The position numbers and the translations under genes were made by a program. A stretch of 62,838 bases of DNA, counting the filler, from Craspedostauros australis (lineage: Eukaryota): the NCBI GenBank assembly GCA_030167865.1. It is 3 parts of 3 records of this genome, joined end to end, with 100 filler letters (N's around TTAATTAATTAA, not from the genome) between each part and the next. Parts side by side here need not be neighbours in the genome. Positions count along the whole stretch, not along the records: positions 1 to 31,979 come from JALAGF010006455.1; 2 more parts are not named here. The stretch is one strand, 5' to 3'. Of the stretch, positions 10,988-25,400 are shown in pieces. The notes beneath the pieces are model-generated. The model saw nothing but the letters and a program-made list of their open reading frames with translations. It was not told where the DNA came from and ran no database searches. The first letter of the stretch is position 1; every line of letters begins with the position of its first letter.

Positions 10988-12499
10988 GGCCGCATGTGCT
11001 GTCTGCGGATGTTATGTCGGTTGCTCTCCCCTAGGCGCGTGATGGTTGCGATCGTAATTGTGATCGTGATTGTGATCGCGGTTGTGACCGTGACCGTGAT
11101 TGTGGCTGACGATGCTGGTGGAGCAGTCGGTTCTCCCTCTTTGCGCGAGGAACGCAGTTCTGCACCCACGCAATTGTTGTCGTTGTTCGTTTGCGCGTGC
11201 TTCTGTGAGCGTGCGTGCCAGTCGCGATCCATTTTCGGCGACACCACCTTTTGCGAACACAATGGGTTCTGTTCGAGTGCGAAACAGTACCGCAGGCAAA
11301 CAGAGCGAATGCACGAACAATCCGAGCGCCAAATTCACCACAAAGGAATGGCGGGAGACGACAAAAATTCCATTGCTCATCGTCTCGATCAAGGGAGCGC
11401 CATTGCAACCCGCCGTTATCCACACCCGCATTCTGCTTTATTCCGAGATGAGTCGAAGATGGGTCGAAGATTGGTCGGATGTTGCAAGGGGTTGCCGATT
11501 GCTATTGTGGCAGAAGCAACATAACACTTGGCAAGGTTTGGCGCGAAGAACTTGAAATTGGGGGAGCTACGGTAGTAAATACCAAATGCATAGAATTTGT
11601 GGAACAGAAATTGTGATTCTGACGTCGTCCAGGTTTTGTGTTGTTTCACGATTCAGCTCTTGTTTGCACATCATTATTTCCGTCTGTTACCGTCAGTCAC
11701 GTTGACTGTGTTCGTATCTTGGGGATGTTGTCTGGTTGCGTCGAAGCAAACGCGAGCGCGCACAACAGTGCATGAAAAAGTCAACGTGTTCTCTCCACAA
11801 TAAACAATTTGACGCCCGTGTTCACAATTAACCGTATAGAATTGGAGCACCGGCTCGACGCTAATTAAAATTGAAGACCCGCAATCACTGCGACATACAT
11901 TGTCCAATCAATGCATCGGAAAACACGTTTTGCTGTGCACTTGTCCGGCTGAAAGAAGGAACAATCGCAACAGCGAATCGGTTCGGACAGACCCGGAGTG
12001 ATCGTTTTCACCACAAACTCCATCAGAGAGCGCCCCATTCCTTGTCACGAGTACTGGTACGTGGAGAAAGCGCCACCGTCTCGCCACCCACGCTCTTCTT
12101 TGAGCAGGCACGAAGAATTATGCACCAACGCACACGACGGCTGGGGAGGAACAAAGCAGTTCTCCCCTCTCCGTGAACATGAGGGAGAGAGAAAACAACA
12201 CAACACAAGATGACGACCACACGACACGAAGTTGCACAAAGGCCACGCACAACCATTGAACGAAAAATCTCTCTCGGGACAAGGATCCATTCGTAGGTCG
12301 TACTGGATTGCGTACTAATAACAGTACGAAGAGAGGTACTCCAGCCCACAACTCATCATGTCCAACTCCAGACCGAACGATTCAGGGGATAGCAGCAGTC
12401 TCAGCAGGTCCGACAGCTGGTCCGAAGAGAAGCAATCAGAGTGCGTCGCTCGTGTTTGTGTTGGGGAGTGACGACAACAGAGACGGCAATTGTGTGGTG

Positions 12500-12523
12500 G
12501 AGAGAAAGAGAGAGAGAGAGAGA
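12500..12523 (+). repeat. (GA)n microsatellite in the intergenic region between the divergent STAND and mucin genes
   Basis: Imperfect AGAGAG run visible directly. Confidence 0.75.
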
Positions 12524-13423
12524 ACAAGCTATCACAGCCTCGATCATTCGTTTCCACATGTGCTGGTTGGGCTGGTCATGTTTGCTTCCTGCGTGCATGT
12601 GAGAGCCACTCCACCCACCAGGGTGTCTGTGCATGGCAAATCGAAGTCTTTCCTGTCTTTCCTGTGTTCCCAAACTCACAACCAGGCCAACAACGTTGAC
12701 CGGAATCGTCGTAATCTCTTCGTATTGCCCGATCACATCACTCACTCATGTCGCTGCTTTCTTTCTCCACATCCCGTGGACTGGACTTGGCAATTGGCTC
12801 TCTGGCTTTGGCTCTGTCTTTGACTCCACCTGTCCACTCGTACCATACGTTACACCCTTCGTGCTGGGCAACGACACACCGTGATACTCGTACGCCATAA
12901 TCTGCAACAGGAACGAATCAGACAACGTGTTGCCGTACGGGTACGGGTCTGCATGGTGGCAATCGCAACATGACGAACCAGATGCGCAAAGGTGTGTATT
13001 GGGTATTGGAAGTCGGTCTCTCCCAACGCAAACAATGTGATGCAGGTGCACGTCAATCTCCACATCGAAGGTTGCTGCAGCCCGGCGAGCCGGTCGGACC
13101 TCTTGTGCTGCGTATTGGTGCACATGCTCTTCGGTTGTATGGACGGTGCTGATCTTCGCCCTCTCAATTCCAGTTGGTGGGCATGAGGATGAGAATTGCT
13201 CAACATGGCGGTCATTGCAACGAACAGCGGCAGCCAATTGACACGAGCGCAAGTGCATTATAGTGTACAATGCCGCGCCCTCTTGAATTGACAGGTCCTC
13301 GCCGAATCTTTCCTCATCCCTTCCTCCACCTTTCCTCCACCTTTCCTCCCCATGACCTCTCACACCTTGGTCTCAAATATTCGATTCTGACAACTCTACA
13401 CTTCCCCACGATGCATCTGGCTG

Positions 13424-16400
13424 ATGGCGAACAGCGACAGCAACAGCGTTATAAGGTCTCCCAGATCCGCGGCTCCACGTGGGCATGTGTTGGGACAGGC
13501 GCTTTCCGAATCATCACCATCGAACATGCCACTGACGCATCAGCAATTACAGCCACATCCCAGCTCCCAGTCGCAAGCACGGCGTGGACAAACGCCAACT
13601 GCAGATCCAATGTTATCATCAATATCAACAGCGGCTGGTGATAGCAACCAAGTGCGTGGGGGCAACTCACGCTCCGAATTGTTTGTACCAAAGAAAACTC
13701 CCCGAAGAGAGCAGTCCGAATATGAGAGACAGACGCAGTTCTACCTCCAACAACCTCTTCAGATGGAGCAGCTGCGACAGGGATGGACCCAACTGCAGCA
13801 ATCGCTCACAAGTCTGGATTGCCCGTCGCTGTCCGAACAGCAGCAGGTGGATACCACAAGGTATGTGTGTACTCGTATGGTCCCATACAATGAAGAACAG
13901 GGCAAACCCCAATCCGAATCCAATTCCAAGTCAAACAGCCATCCGATGAACAGAGGCGATGGTCTTGAAATATTGCCGGTCGTCGAACACCGACCTCATT
14001 GAAGCGAGCTGCCGAACTGACGATCTCACATTCTCTCGTTCAATCCTATTCAATCCAACCCAACCCATTCCAACCTCTGTCACCACCTCGATGCAAACAC
14101 TTTCTCTCCAATTCTCACCTTTTCGATTGTCCACAGCCACAACGGAAGCCACGAATCGCCTTTTCGAAGTACACGTCCGTCACCGCATCGACCCAGACGG
14201 ACCAACCACAGGTATGTGCCTTTGGTGCCACCATGTATCCACGCACGGCTGTTCCGACATCATATCTCGCAAGGAGTTGGCTTCTCTCCGACTATTCCAG
14301 TATATGTCGCTCGAAAATGGGAAATGCCCATTGCGCAGCCGGAGTTGATTTGTATGTCACAGTTCGATGAACGCCTCATCATGCACGTTCGTTTCACATA
14401 CTTGTACCGTATCAGCGTCGTGCCTTCACACTCACATCTTGACCCTTCTTCCAAACTGTAACATATGCTTCTCTTCGCTGCACGATATTCTGCCGCATCG
14501 TCACACCGCGTTACACCATGACAACGTATTTTATTCGACATTTGATTTGGACGCGCATGCCACAGCTCGAATCGCTCATTCGATGCTCGATCGATAATGA
14601 GCGAAACGCCGAGTGAAAGGTCAAAACGGATAGCAAGGTGAGTACTGATAGAGTGCCCGCATCGATGACAACTGCAGCGTCCAAGGTCTCGTTCGCACCC
14701 TCTTCATCCACGAATGCTCACCATCCCATCTGAAACACAAACTTGCTGTGCTGGTACTCCTACATACGAACGTCATGCAAACTTGTATTCAAACTTTACG
14801 TTCCGCTGCTTCCCAGAAACATACTTCGCGACAATTGGAACTCTGCCTCTACAATCCGTTCGGAATCGATTCAGGAAAGAAAACAGCGCTTGGAAATGTA
14901 AGTACACACAACTGTATCGTCACTGCCACCGTCACGGATAGCAGCCAACCCCATCCTGTACCCGCCCTTGCAATACAACCGCATTTCTGATTCAGACATG
15001 CTTATTTTTCAATCCGTTTGCACCTAATCCGCCAACAACGTCGACCTATCCAATCGGAACGCGCGCACTCGCACATCTCAGAGGCGTCGGGAATGGCGTA
15101 AGCGCAATCCGGATGTTAGAACGTTCCGAAGAAGCGGTATTGCTGATCCAAGGTCGATTCCGACAGCACCAAGATGAACGGCGGCAGCAAAAGTATTCGT
15201 TCGACATGAGTGGAAGCACGCTTGGTGATTTCCCCCACGATGCCTCCAGAAACGTTGGGGCCGACTCATCTATCGATGTGCCAAAACAGCCCTACCTTTT
15301 GTCCTTCAAGGTTGATGGTGCCGGTCGCATCATGGAGCCCGGCAACAACGACGGTGACAGTTTCACATCGTCAGACAGCCATGCAGATCGTGGAGCGACA
15401 GGCAACAGTTCTTCCGCGGAAGCGGCCAAGAAATCAGGCCCATCACCAGGAGATCAGAAGGACAACGAATCCACCGACGGGACTGTCGACACGGAAGAAG
15501 ATAGGAGCAACTTTGCTCTTCTTTTTGTTGCATGCTTCAGCGCAGGGCTGATATTCTTCAAGTGCTTCTCATGGATTCTGCGCAAGTGTGGAAAGCAGGA
15601 AGATGCAGGCGGAGCAGATGGAGGGGCAATGGCGCCGCAGAATGGAGGCGCGAACGATGGTGGGGGTTTCGTTGGTACCGGAGGAGAAGGAGGAGGTGGC
15701 GCAGGAGGTGGCGGAGGTGGAGGTGGAGGTGGAGGCGGAGCTGCACCAGTTCCACCAGTAGTAGGCGCCCAGCTTGTTCTCCAACAAATGGCTGTCCAAG
15801 CCGCCGCAAATGCAGCCGGATCAGTCGCAGCAGGCGCTGCCGCCGGCGCCGCAGCCGCAGGTGCTGCAACAGGTTTGGCAGCTGCGGGTGCTGTGGCGGG
15901 ATCAGCACAAGCCGTGGGAGCCGTCGTTGTTTCCGCTGTTGCCGTTTCAGCGGCCGCTGTGGGTATCAGTGCGATTGTCGCTGAGCCCGTTACCGCTGTC
16001 TCATCCTGCGGAGTTCTCAATCCAGACTTCTTCCACGGCTCGCTGACCCTGGTCCTCGAAGGATTCGAACGGGCGTTCACCGAAGAAGAGACTGTGTCGA
16101 TTGAAGAACTGCTGGTGAACTCATACAACAACATTCTTGGAGATTGTGACGCAGTGTATGACCGAAAGATGATGAATGCGACCGTCGTTGCACAGAACTT
16201 TACCGCCACCTCCGATGGTAACTCCACATCTACGACTACAAGCTCCGCGACATCTTTCCAATTCGATACATTGATCGAGTGCATCGGCTGTCCACCGACT
16301 GAGCCGCTGTTTTCGTTTTGGGAGACTGAGCGACAAGAGCTGCGACGACTCTCGTTTCAATCGATCATCTCAGGCGAAGCATTTGGCTACCAACCGCAAT

Positions 16401-19400
16401 CACGCCGGACTCAACGAAGACGCCTGCAAGATGACCTGGTTGAACGGACCTTGGATGAAACCACGTTGTTCAAAGAGGTTGTTCAACGCTTCGATGTGAA
16501 TGTTGAAGAGCTCGTTGTGAAGGAGGAACTTCCGGGTGGATATCTTAGAGTGTTCGTTGCGTACGTGCAAAGGGACGATGATGGTGGAGAAATCATTCGA
16601 CAAGTCAACTTCACGATCCTCGATACTGATGCGCCATCCTCGATTCCGACAGATGACGGCCTGACATCAGCCCCGACACATGCGCCAACATCAACGCCGA
16701 CAGTGCCTACGCCTCTGCCAACGGCCGTGTCCGAGACCGAGACCGGTCAGCCGACGTTCCCACCGTCGGTCAGCTTGTCCCCCACGGGACTCCCGACCAC
16801 AACGAGCTCACCGACCGCCCTCGACGCGCAGACCACCGAGCCGACAACCTTGGAAAGGACGAGCGAACCCACATTTCCACCATCCATGGATCCCGATAAC
16901 GAAGTATCATCCACGCCTACAGCATTCATCGTGAAGACAGAGTCGCCCACGTTCCCACCCTCGGCCATTAATGAAACGATGACGCCAACAAATTCGATCA
17001 GCCAAGCACCATCTTGGAAACCATCATCGACGAGCGAGGTCCCCAGCGACCAACCTTCCAACAGCGAAGTACCGTCATCTCTGCCATCATCGAGGCCATC
17101 CTCAATTAGCGAAGTGCCCAGCGGGGTTCCGTCCACAGTGTCGTCTTTCCCACCAAGTTTTTCAAGTGCTGTCCCAACACACAGTGAATCGCCATCAGCT
17201 GCTCCATCATCGCAACCAAGTCAGTCCAGTGGAGTCCCATCGAGCAGCGAATCGCCATCGTCAACCCCATCTTCACAGCCAAGTGCTTCGAGTGCAGTGC
17301 CCACAGGCAGTGAGTCACCGTCATCACCTCCATCTTCACAGCCAAGTGGTTTGAGTGCAGTGCCCACAGGGAGTGAATCACCGTCAGCATCACCTTCGTC
17401 ACAACCAACTGCTTCGAGTGCAGTGCCCACAGGCAGTGAGTCACCGTCAGCAGCCCCATCTGCGCAGCCAAGTGGTTCGAGTGCCGTGCCGACAGGTAGT
17501 GAATCACCATCATCAGCCCCATCTTCACAACCAACTGCTTCGAGTACAGTGCCGACAGGCAGTGCATTGCCGTCAGCCGCACCTTCATCACAACCAAGTG
17601 TCACAAGCGCGGTGCCCACAGGGAGTGAATCACCGTCGTCAGCACCTTCGTCACAACCAACTGCTTCGAGTGCAGTGCCAACAGGTAGTGAATCACCGTC
17701 ATCAGCCCCATCTTCGCAGCCAAGTGGTTCGAGTGCAGTGCCCACAGGTAGCGAATCACCTTCAGCAGCCCCATCTTCACAGCCAAGTGCCACAAGCGCA
17801 GTGCCCACAGGGAGTGAATCACCGTCATCAGCACCTTCGTCACAACCAACTGCTTCGAGTGCAGTGCCAACAGGGAGTGAATCACCATCATCAGCCCCAC
17901 CTTCGCAGCCAACTGCTTCGAGTGCAGTGCCGACAGGGAGTGAATCGCCGTCAGCATCGCCTTCTTCACAGCCAACTGCTTCGAGTGCAGTGCCGACAGG
18001 GAGTGAATCACCTTCATCAGCCCCATCTTCACAGCCAAGTGGTTCGAGTGCCGTGCCCACAGGCAGTGANNNNNNNNNNNNNNNNNNNNNNNNNNNNNNN
18101 NNNNNTTCGAGTGCCGTGCCCACAGGCAGTGAATCGCCGTCATCAGCTCCATCTTCACAACCAACTGCTTCGAGTGCAGTGCCGACAGGCAGTGAGTCAC
18201 CGTCAGCAGCCCCATCTTCACAACCAAGTGCCACAAGCGCGGTGCCCACAGGGAGTGAATCACCGTCATCAGCACCTTCGTCACAACCAACTGCTTCGAG
18301 TGCAGTGCCGACAGGGAGTGAATCACCTTCATCAGCCCCATCTTCACAGCCAAGTGGTTCGAGTGCCGTGCCCACAGGCAGTGAGTCACCTTCAGCAGCC
18401 CCATCTTCACAGCCAACTGCTTCGAGTGCCGTGCCCACAGGCAGTGAATCGCCGTCATCAGCTCCATCTTCACAACCAACTGCTTCGAGTGCAGTGCCGA
18501 CAGGCAGTGAGTCACCGTCAGCAGCCCCATCTTCACAACCAAGTGCCACAAGCGCGGTGCCCACAGGGAGTGAATCACCGTCATCAGCACCTTCGTCACA
18601 ACCAACTGCTTCGAGTGCAGTGCCAACAGGGAGTGAATCACCTTCATCAGCCCCATCTTCACAGCCAAGTGGTTCGAGTGCAGTGCCCACAGGCAGTGAG
18701 TCACCTTCAGCAGCCCCATCTTCACAGCCAACTGCTTCGAGTGCAGTGCCAACAGGGAGTGAATCACCTTCATCAGCCCCATCTTCACAGCCAAGTGGTT
18801 CGAGTGCAGTGCCGACAGGGAGTGAATCACCGTCAGCAGCTCCATCTTCGCAACCAACTGCTTCGAGTGCAGTGCCGACAGGCAGTGAGTCACCGTCAGC
18901 AGCCCCATCTTCACAGCCGAGTGCAGAGAGCGGCATGCCCACAGGGAGTGAATCACCTTCATCAGCCCCATCTTCACAGCCAAGTGGTTCGAGTGCAGTG
19001 CCCACAGGTAGCGAATCGCCGTCAGCAGCTCCATCTTCACAGCCAAGTGCCACAAGCGCGGTGCCCACAGGTAGCGAATCACCGTCAGCAGCCCCATCTT
19101 CACAACCAACTGCTTCGAGTGCAGTGCCCACAGGGAGGGAATCACCTTCATCAGCCCCATCTTCACAGCCAACTGTTTCGAGTGCAGTTCCCACAGGTAG
19201 CGAGTCACCGTCAATATCACCTTCGTCACAGCCAACTGTTTCGAGCGCAGTTCCCACAGGTAGCGAGTCACCGTCATCGGCCCCATCTTCGCAGCCAAGT
19301 GGTTCGAGCGCGGTGCCCACAGGTAGTGAATCACCGTCAGCAGCCCCATCTTCACAGCCAACTGCTTCGAGTGCAGTGCCTACAGGGAGTGAATCACCTT

Positions 19401-22400
19401 CATCAGCCCCGTCTTCGCAGCCAACTGTTTCGAGTGCAGTGCCCACAGGTAGCGAGTCACCGTCAGTATCACCTTCGTCACAGCCGAGTGCAGAGAGCGG
19501 CATACCCAAAGGTAGTGAATCACCGTCATCACTTTCATCTTCACAGCCAAGTGGTTCGAGTGCAGTGCCAACAGGCAGCGAGTCACCGTCAGCAGCCCCA
19601 TCTTCACAGCCGAGTGCAGAGAGCGGCATGCCGACAGGCAGTGAGTCACCGTCAGCAGCCCCATCTTCACAGCCAACTGTTTCGAGTGCAGTGCCCACAG
19701 GTAGTGAATCGCCGTCATCACTTCCATCTTCACAGCCAAGTGTCACAAGCGCGGTGCCAACAGGGAGTGAATCACCGTCATCAGCCCCATCTTCACAACC
19801 AACTGCTTCGAGTGCAGTGCCCACAGGTAGTGAATCGCCATCAGTATCACCTTCTTCACAGCCGAGTGCAGAGAGCGGCATGCCGACAGGCAGTGAATCG
19901 CCGTCATCAGCACCTTCGTCACAACCAACTGTTTCGAGTGCAGTGCCTACAGGCAGTGAGTCACCGTCATCACCTCCATCTTCACAACCAACCGCTTCGA
20001 GTGCAGTGCCCACAGGCAGTGAGTCACCGTCAGTATCACCTTCTTCACAACCAAGTGGTTCGAGTGCAGTTCCCACAGGTAGTGAATCACCTTCATCAGC
20101 CCCATCTTCACAACCAAGTGCTTCGAGTGCAGTGCCGACAGGCAGTGAGTCACCGTCAGCAGCCCCATCTTCACAGCCAACTGTTTCGAGTGCAGTGCCC
20201 ACAGGTAGTGAATCGCCGTCATCACTTCCATCTTCACAGCCAAGTGTCACAAGCGCGGTGCCCACAGGGAGTGAATCACCGTCATCAGCCCCATCTTCGC
20301 AGCCAACTGCTTCGAGTGCAGTGCCGACAGGGAGTGAATCGCCGTCAGCATCGCCTTCTTCACAGCCAACTGCTTCGAGTGCAGTGCCAACAGGGAGTGA
20401 ATCACCTTCATCAGCCCCATCTTCACAACCAACTGCTTCGAGTGCAGTGCCGACAGGCAGTGAATCACCGTCATCAGCCCCATCTTCGCAACCAACTGCT
20501 TCGAGTGCAGTGCCAACAGGGAGGGAATCACCTTCATCAGCCCCATCTTCACAGCCAAGTGGTTTGAGTGCAGTGCCGACAGGTAGTGAATCACCGTCAG
20601 TATCACCTTCTTCACAGCCGAGTGCAGAGAGCGGCATGCCCACAGGGAGTGAATCACCTTCATCAGCCCCATCTTCACAGCCAACTGCTTCGAGTGCAGT
20701 GCCCACAGGTAGCGAATCGCCGTCAGCAGCCCCATCTTCACAGCCAAGTGCCACAAGCGCGGTGCCCACAGGGAGTGAATCACCGTCCGTATCACCTTCT
20801 TCACAACCAACTGCTTCGAGTGCAGTGCCAACAGGGAGTGAATCACCGTCAGCAGCTCCATCTTCGCAACCAACTGCTTCGAGTGCAGTGCCGACAGGCA
20901 GTGAGTCACCGTCAGCAGCCCCATCTTCACAGCCGAGTGCAGAGAGCGGCATGCCCACAGGGAGTGAATCACCTTCATCAGCTCCATCTTCACAGCCAAG
21001 TGGTTCGAGTGCCGCGCCCACAGGTAGCGAATCACCTTCATCAGCCCCATCTTCACAGCCAAGTGCCACAAGCGCGGTGCCCACAGGGAGTGAATCACCG
21101 TCCGTATCACCTTCTTCACAACCAACTGCTTCGAGTGCAGTGCCAACAGGGAGTGAATCACCGTCAGCAGCTCCATCTTCGCAACCAACTGCTTCGAGTG
21201 CAGTGCCGACAGGCAGTGAGTCACCGTCAGCAGCCCCATCTTCACAGCCGAGTGCAGAGAGCGGCATGCCCACAGGGAGTGAATCACCTTCATCAGCCCC
21301 ATCTTCACAGCCAAGTGCCACAAGCGCGGTGCCCACAGGTAGCGAATCACCGTCAGCAGCACCTTCTTCACAACCAAGTGCTTCGAGTGCAGTGCCAACA
21401 GGCAGTGAGTCACCGTCATCAGCACCTTCGTCACAACCAAGTGCTTCGAGTGCAGTGCCGACAGGGAGTGAATCACCGTCCGTATCACCTTCTTCACAAC
21501 CAACTGCTTCGAGTGCAGTGCCGACAGGCAGTGAATCGCCGTCATCAGCTCCATCTTCACAGCCAACTGCTTCGAGTGCAGTGCCCACAGGCAGTGAATC
21601 ACCTTCATCAGTCCCATCTTCACAGCCAAGTGCCACAAGCACGGTGCCCACAGGGAGTGAATCACCGTCATCAGCACCTTCGTCACAACCAACTGCTTCG
21701 AGTGCAGTGCCCACAGGCAGTGAGTCACCGTCAGCAGCCCCATCTTCACAGCCGAGTGCAGAGAGCGGCATGCCAACAGGGAGTGAATCACCTTCATCAG
21801 CCCCATCTTCACAGCCAACTGCTTCGAGTGCAGTGCCCACAGGCAGTGAGTCACCTTCATCAGCCCCATCTTCACAGCCAAGTGCCACAAGCGCGGTGCC
21901 CACAGGGAGTGAATCACCTTCATCAGCACCTTCGTCACAACCAACTGCTTCGAGCGCAGTGCCAACAGGGAGGGAATCGCCTTCAGCAGCCCCATCTTCG
22001 CATCCAACTGTTTCGAGTGCAGTGCCAACAGGGAGTGAATCACCGTCAGTATCACCTTCTTCACAGCCGAGTGCAGAGAGCGGCATGCCAACAGGGAGTG
22101 AATCACCTTCATCAGCCCCATCTTCACAGCCAACTGCTTCGAGTGCAGTGCCAACAGGGAGTGAATCACCTTCATCAGCTCCATCTTCACAGCCAAGTGG
22201 TTCGAGTGCAGTGCCCACAGGTAGCGAATCGCCGTCAGCAGCCCCATCTTCACAGCCAAGTGCCACAAGCGCGGTGCCCACAGGGAGTGAATCACCGTCC
22301 GTATCACCTTCGTCACAACCAAGTGGTTCGAGTGCAGTGCCGACAGGGAGTGAATCACCGTCAGCAGCTCCATCTTCACAGCCAACTGCTTCGAGTGCAG

Positions 22401-25400
22401 TGCCCACAGGTCGCGAGTCACCGTCAGTATCACCTTCGTCACAGCCGAGTGCAGAGAGCGGCATGCCAACAGGCAGTGAGTCACCGTCATCAGCCCCATC
22501 TGCGCAGCCAAGTCGTTCGAGTGCAGTGCCGACAGGCAGTGAATCACCTTCATCAGCCCCATCTTCACAACCAAGTGTCACAAGCGCGGTGCCCACAGGC
22601 AGTGAGTCACCATCATCAGCTCCATCTTCACAACCAATTGGTTCGAGTGCAGTGCCGACAGGCAGTGAATCGCCGTCAGTCCCACCTTCTTCGCAGCCAA
22701 GTGGTTCGAGTGCGGTGCCCACAGGTAGTGAATCACCTTCATCAGCTCCATCTTCACAGCCAACTGGTTCGAGTGCGGCGCCCACAGGCAACGAATCGCC
22801 ATCAGTATCACCTTCATCACAACCAAGTGGTTCGAGTGCAGTGCGCACAGGCAGTGAATCACCTTCATCAGCACCTTCGTCACAACCAACTGCTTCGAGT
22901 GCAGTGCCGACAGGCAGTGAGTCACCGTCATCAGCTCCATCTTCACAACCAAGCGTTGCAAGCGCTGTACCTACTGGCAGTGAATCACCGTCATCAGCTC
23001 CATCTTCACAACCAACTACTTCGAGTGCAGTGCCCACAGGCAGCGAATCGCCATCAGTATCACCTTCATCACAACCAAGTGGTTCGAGTGCAGTGCCGAC
23101 AGGCAGTGAGTCACCATCACCAGCACCTTCGTCACAACCAAGCGTTGTAAGCGCTGTACCCACTGGCAGTGAATCACCGTCATCAGCACCATCTTCACAA
23201 CCAACTGCTTCGAGTGCAGTGCCCACAGGCAGTGAGTCACCGTCATCAGCACCTTCGTCACAACCAAATGTTTCGAGTGCAGTGCCCACAGGCAGTGAGT
23301 CACCGTCATCACCTCCATCTTCGCAACCAACTGCTTCGAGTGCAGTGCCCACAGGGAGTGAATCACCGTCAGTATCACCTTCTTCACACCCAACTGCTTC
23401 GAGTGCAGTGCCAACAGGTAGTGAATCACCTTCATCAGCCCCATCTTCACAACCAAGTGCTTCGAGTGCAGTGCCCACAGGAATTGAGTCACCGTCAGCA
23501 GCCCCATCTTCACAGCCAACTGGTTCGAGTGCAGTGCCCACAGGCAGTGAATCACCGTCAGTATCACCTTCTTCACAACCAACTGCTTCGAGTGCGGTGC
23601 CGACAGGCAGTGAGTCACCGTCAGCAGCACCTTCATCACAACCAAGTGTCACGAGCGCGGTGCCCACAGGGAGTGAATCACCGTCATCAGCACCATCTTC
23701 ACAACCAACTGCTTCAAGTGCGGTGCCGACAGGCAGTGAGTCACCGTCATCAGCACCTTCATCACAACCAAGTGTCACAAGCGCGGCGCCCACAGGCAGT
23801 GAATCGCCGTCATCGGCCCCATCTTCGCAGCCAAGTGGTTCGAGTGCAGTGCCGACAGGTAGTGAATCACCGTCAGTATCACCTTCTTCACAACCAACTG
23901 CTTCGAGTGGAGTGCCCACAGGCAGTGAATCACCGTCAGCAGCCCCATCTTCACAACCAAGTGTCACAAGCGCGGTGCCCACAGGTAGCGAATCACCGCC
24001 ATCAGCTCCATCTGCGCAGCCAAGTGTCACAAGCGCGGTGCCGACAGGCAGTGAGTCACCGTCATCAGCCTCATCTTCACAACCAAGTGCAGAGAGTGCA
24101 GCGCCGACAGGTAGCGAGTCACCGTCGGTGGCTCCATCATCACAGCCAAGTCTCTCGAGTGCTGTCCCAACAGGCAGTGAATCGCCATCAGCAGCATTTA
24201 CATCACAACCAAGTGCTGAGAGCGCGGTGCCGACAGGCAGTGAATCGCCATCAGTATCACCTTCATCCCAGCCAACTGCTTCGAGTGCGGTGCCGACAGG
24301 CAGTGAGTCACCGTCAGTATCACCTTCCTCGCAACCAACTGCTTCGAGTGCAGTGCCCACAGGCAGTGAATCACCGTCATCAGCTCCATCTTCACAACCA
24401 ACTGCTTCGAGTGCAATGCCCACAGGCAGTGAATCATCGTCATCAGCACCTTCATCACAGCCAACTGCTTCGAGTGCGGTGCCGACAGGCAGTGAGTCAC
24501 CGTCATCAGCACCTTCTTCACAGCCGAGTGCAGGCAGCGGTTTGCCGACAGGCAGTGAGTCACCATCATCAGCCCCATCTTCACAACCAACTGCTTCGAG
24601 TGCAATGCCCACAGGCAGTGAATCACCGTCAGTATCACCTTCATCCCAGCCAACTGCTTCGAGTGCGGTGCCGACAGGCAGTGAGTCACCGTCATCAGCA
24701 CCTTCATCACAGCCAAGTCTCCCGAGTGCTGTCCCAACAGGCAGTGAATCGCCATCACTATCACCTTCTTCACAGCCAAGTGCTGAGAGCGCGGTTCCAA
24801 GCGGAAGCGAATCACCGTCAGCAGCACCTTCCGCAAAGCCAAGTGCAGAGAGCGGCATGCCGACAGGTAGTGAGTCACCGTCAGCAGCACCTTCCTCACA
24901 GCCAAGTGTCGCAAGCGCGGTACCCACAGGTAGTGAATCGCCATCAGCATCACCTTCGTCACAACCAAGTGTTTCGAGTGCAATGCCGACAGGTAGTGAA
25001 TCGCCATCCTTCCCACCGAGCGCATTGTCATCGGGCCCTTCCATCTTTCCATCATCCTTCCCATCGCGCTTACCAACAGAGAATCCAACGTCAGCGCCGA
25101 CTCTGAAGGAGAGCGAATTGCCGTCATTCTCTCCATCCTCTACTCCAAGCGAGGTAACGGAATCTCCGACATCACATCCAACCGATGCACCAACAGTGAA
25201 GCGCAGCGAGTCACCATCTATCGCTTCATCTTCGACTCCCAGTGCATCAACAGAATCACCAACATCAAACCCAACGTCGGCACCGACGGTCAAAATTAGC
25301 AGAGCACCATCCATCGCTCCATCTTCTACTCCAAGCGAGGCAACGGAATTACCAACATCAAACCCAACATCAGCACCCACAGTCAAGCACAGCGAGACAC

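Noticed and set aside
11012..11431. His-rich ORF ending 24 nt upstream of, and in frame with, the STAND start
   Set aside because: It arises from a degenerate GTGAYY hexamer repeat and starts at a non-ATG codon. There is no support for readthrough or coding.
10532..11524. 330-aa + strand ORF overlapping the STAND 5' end, and similar antisense ORFs over phoD, PDZ, PRI1 and argC
   Set aside because: Antisense shadows of GC-rich genes that have clear motifs on the other strand.
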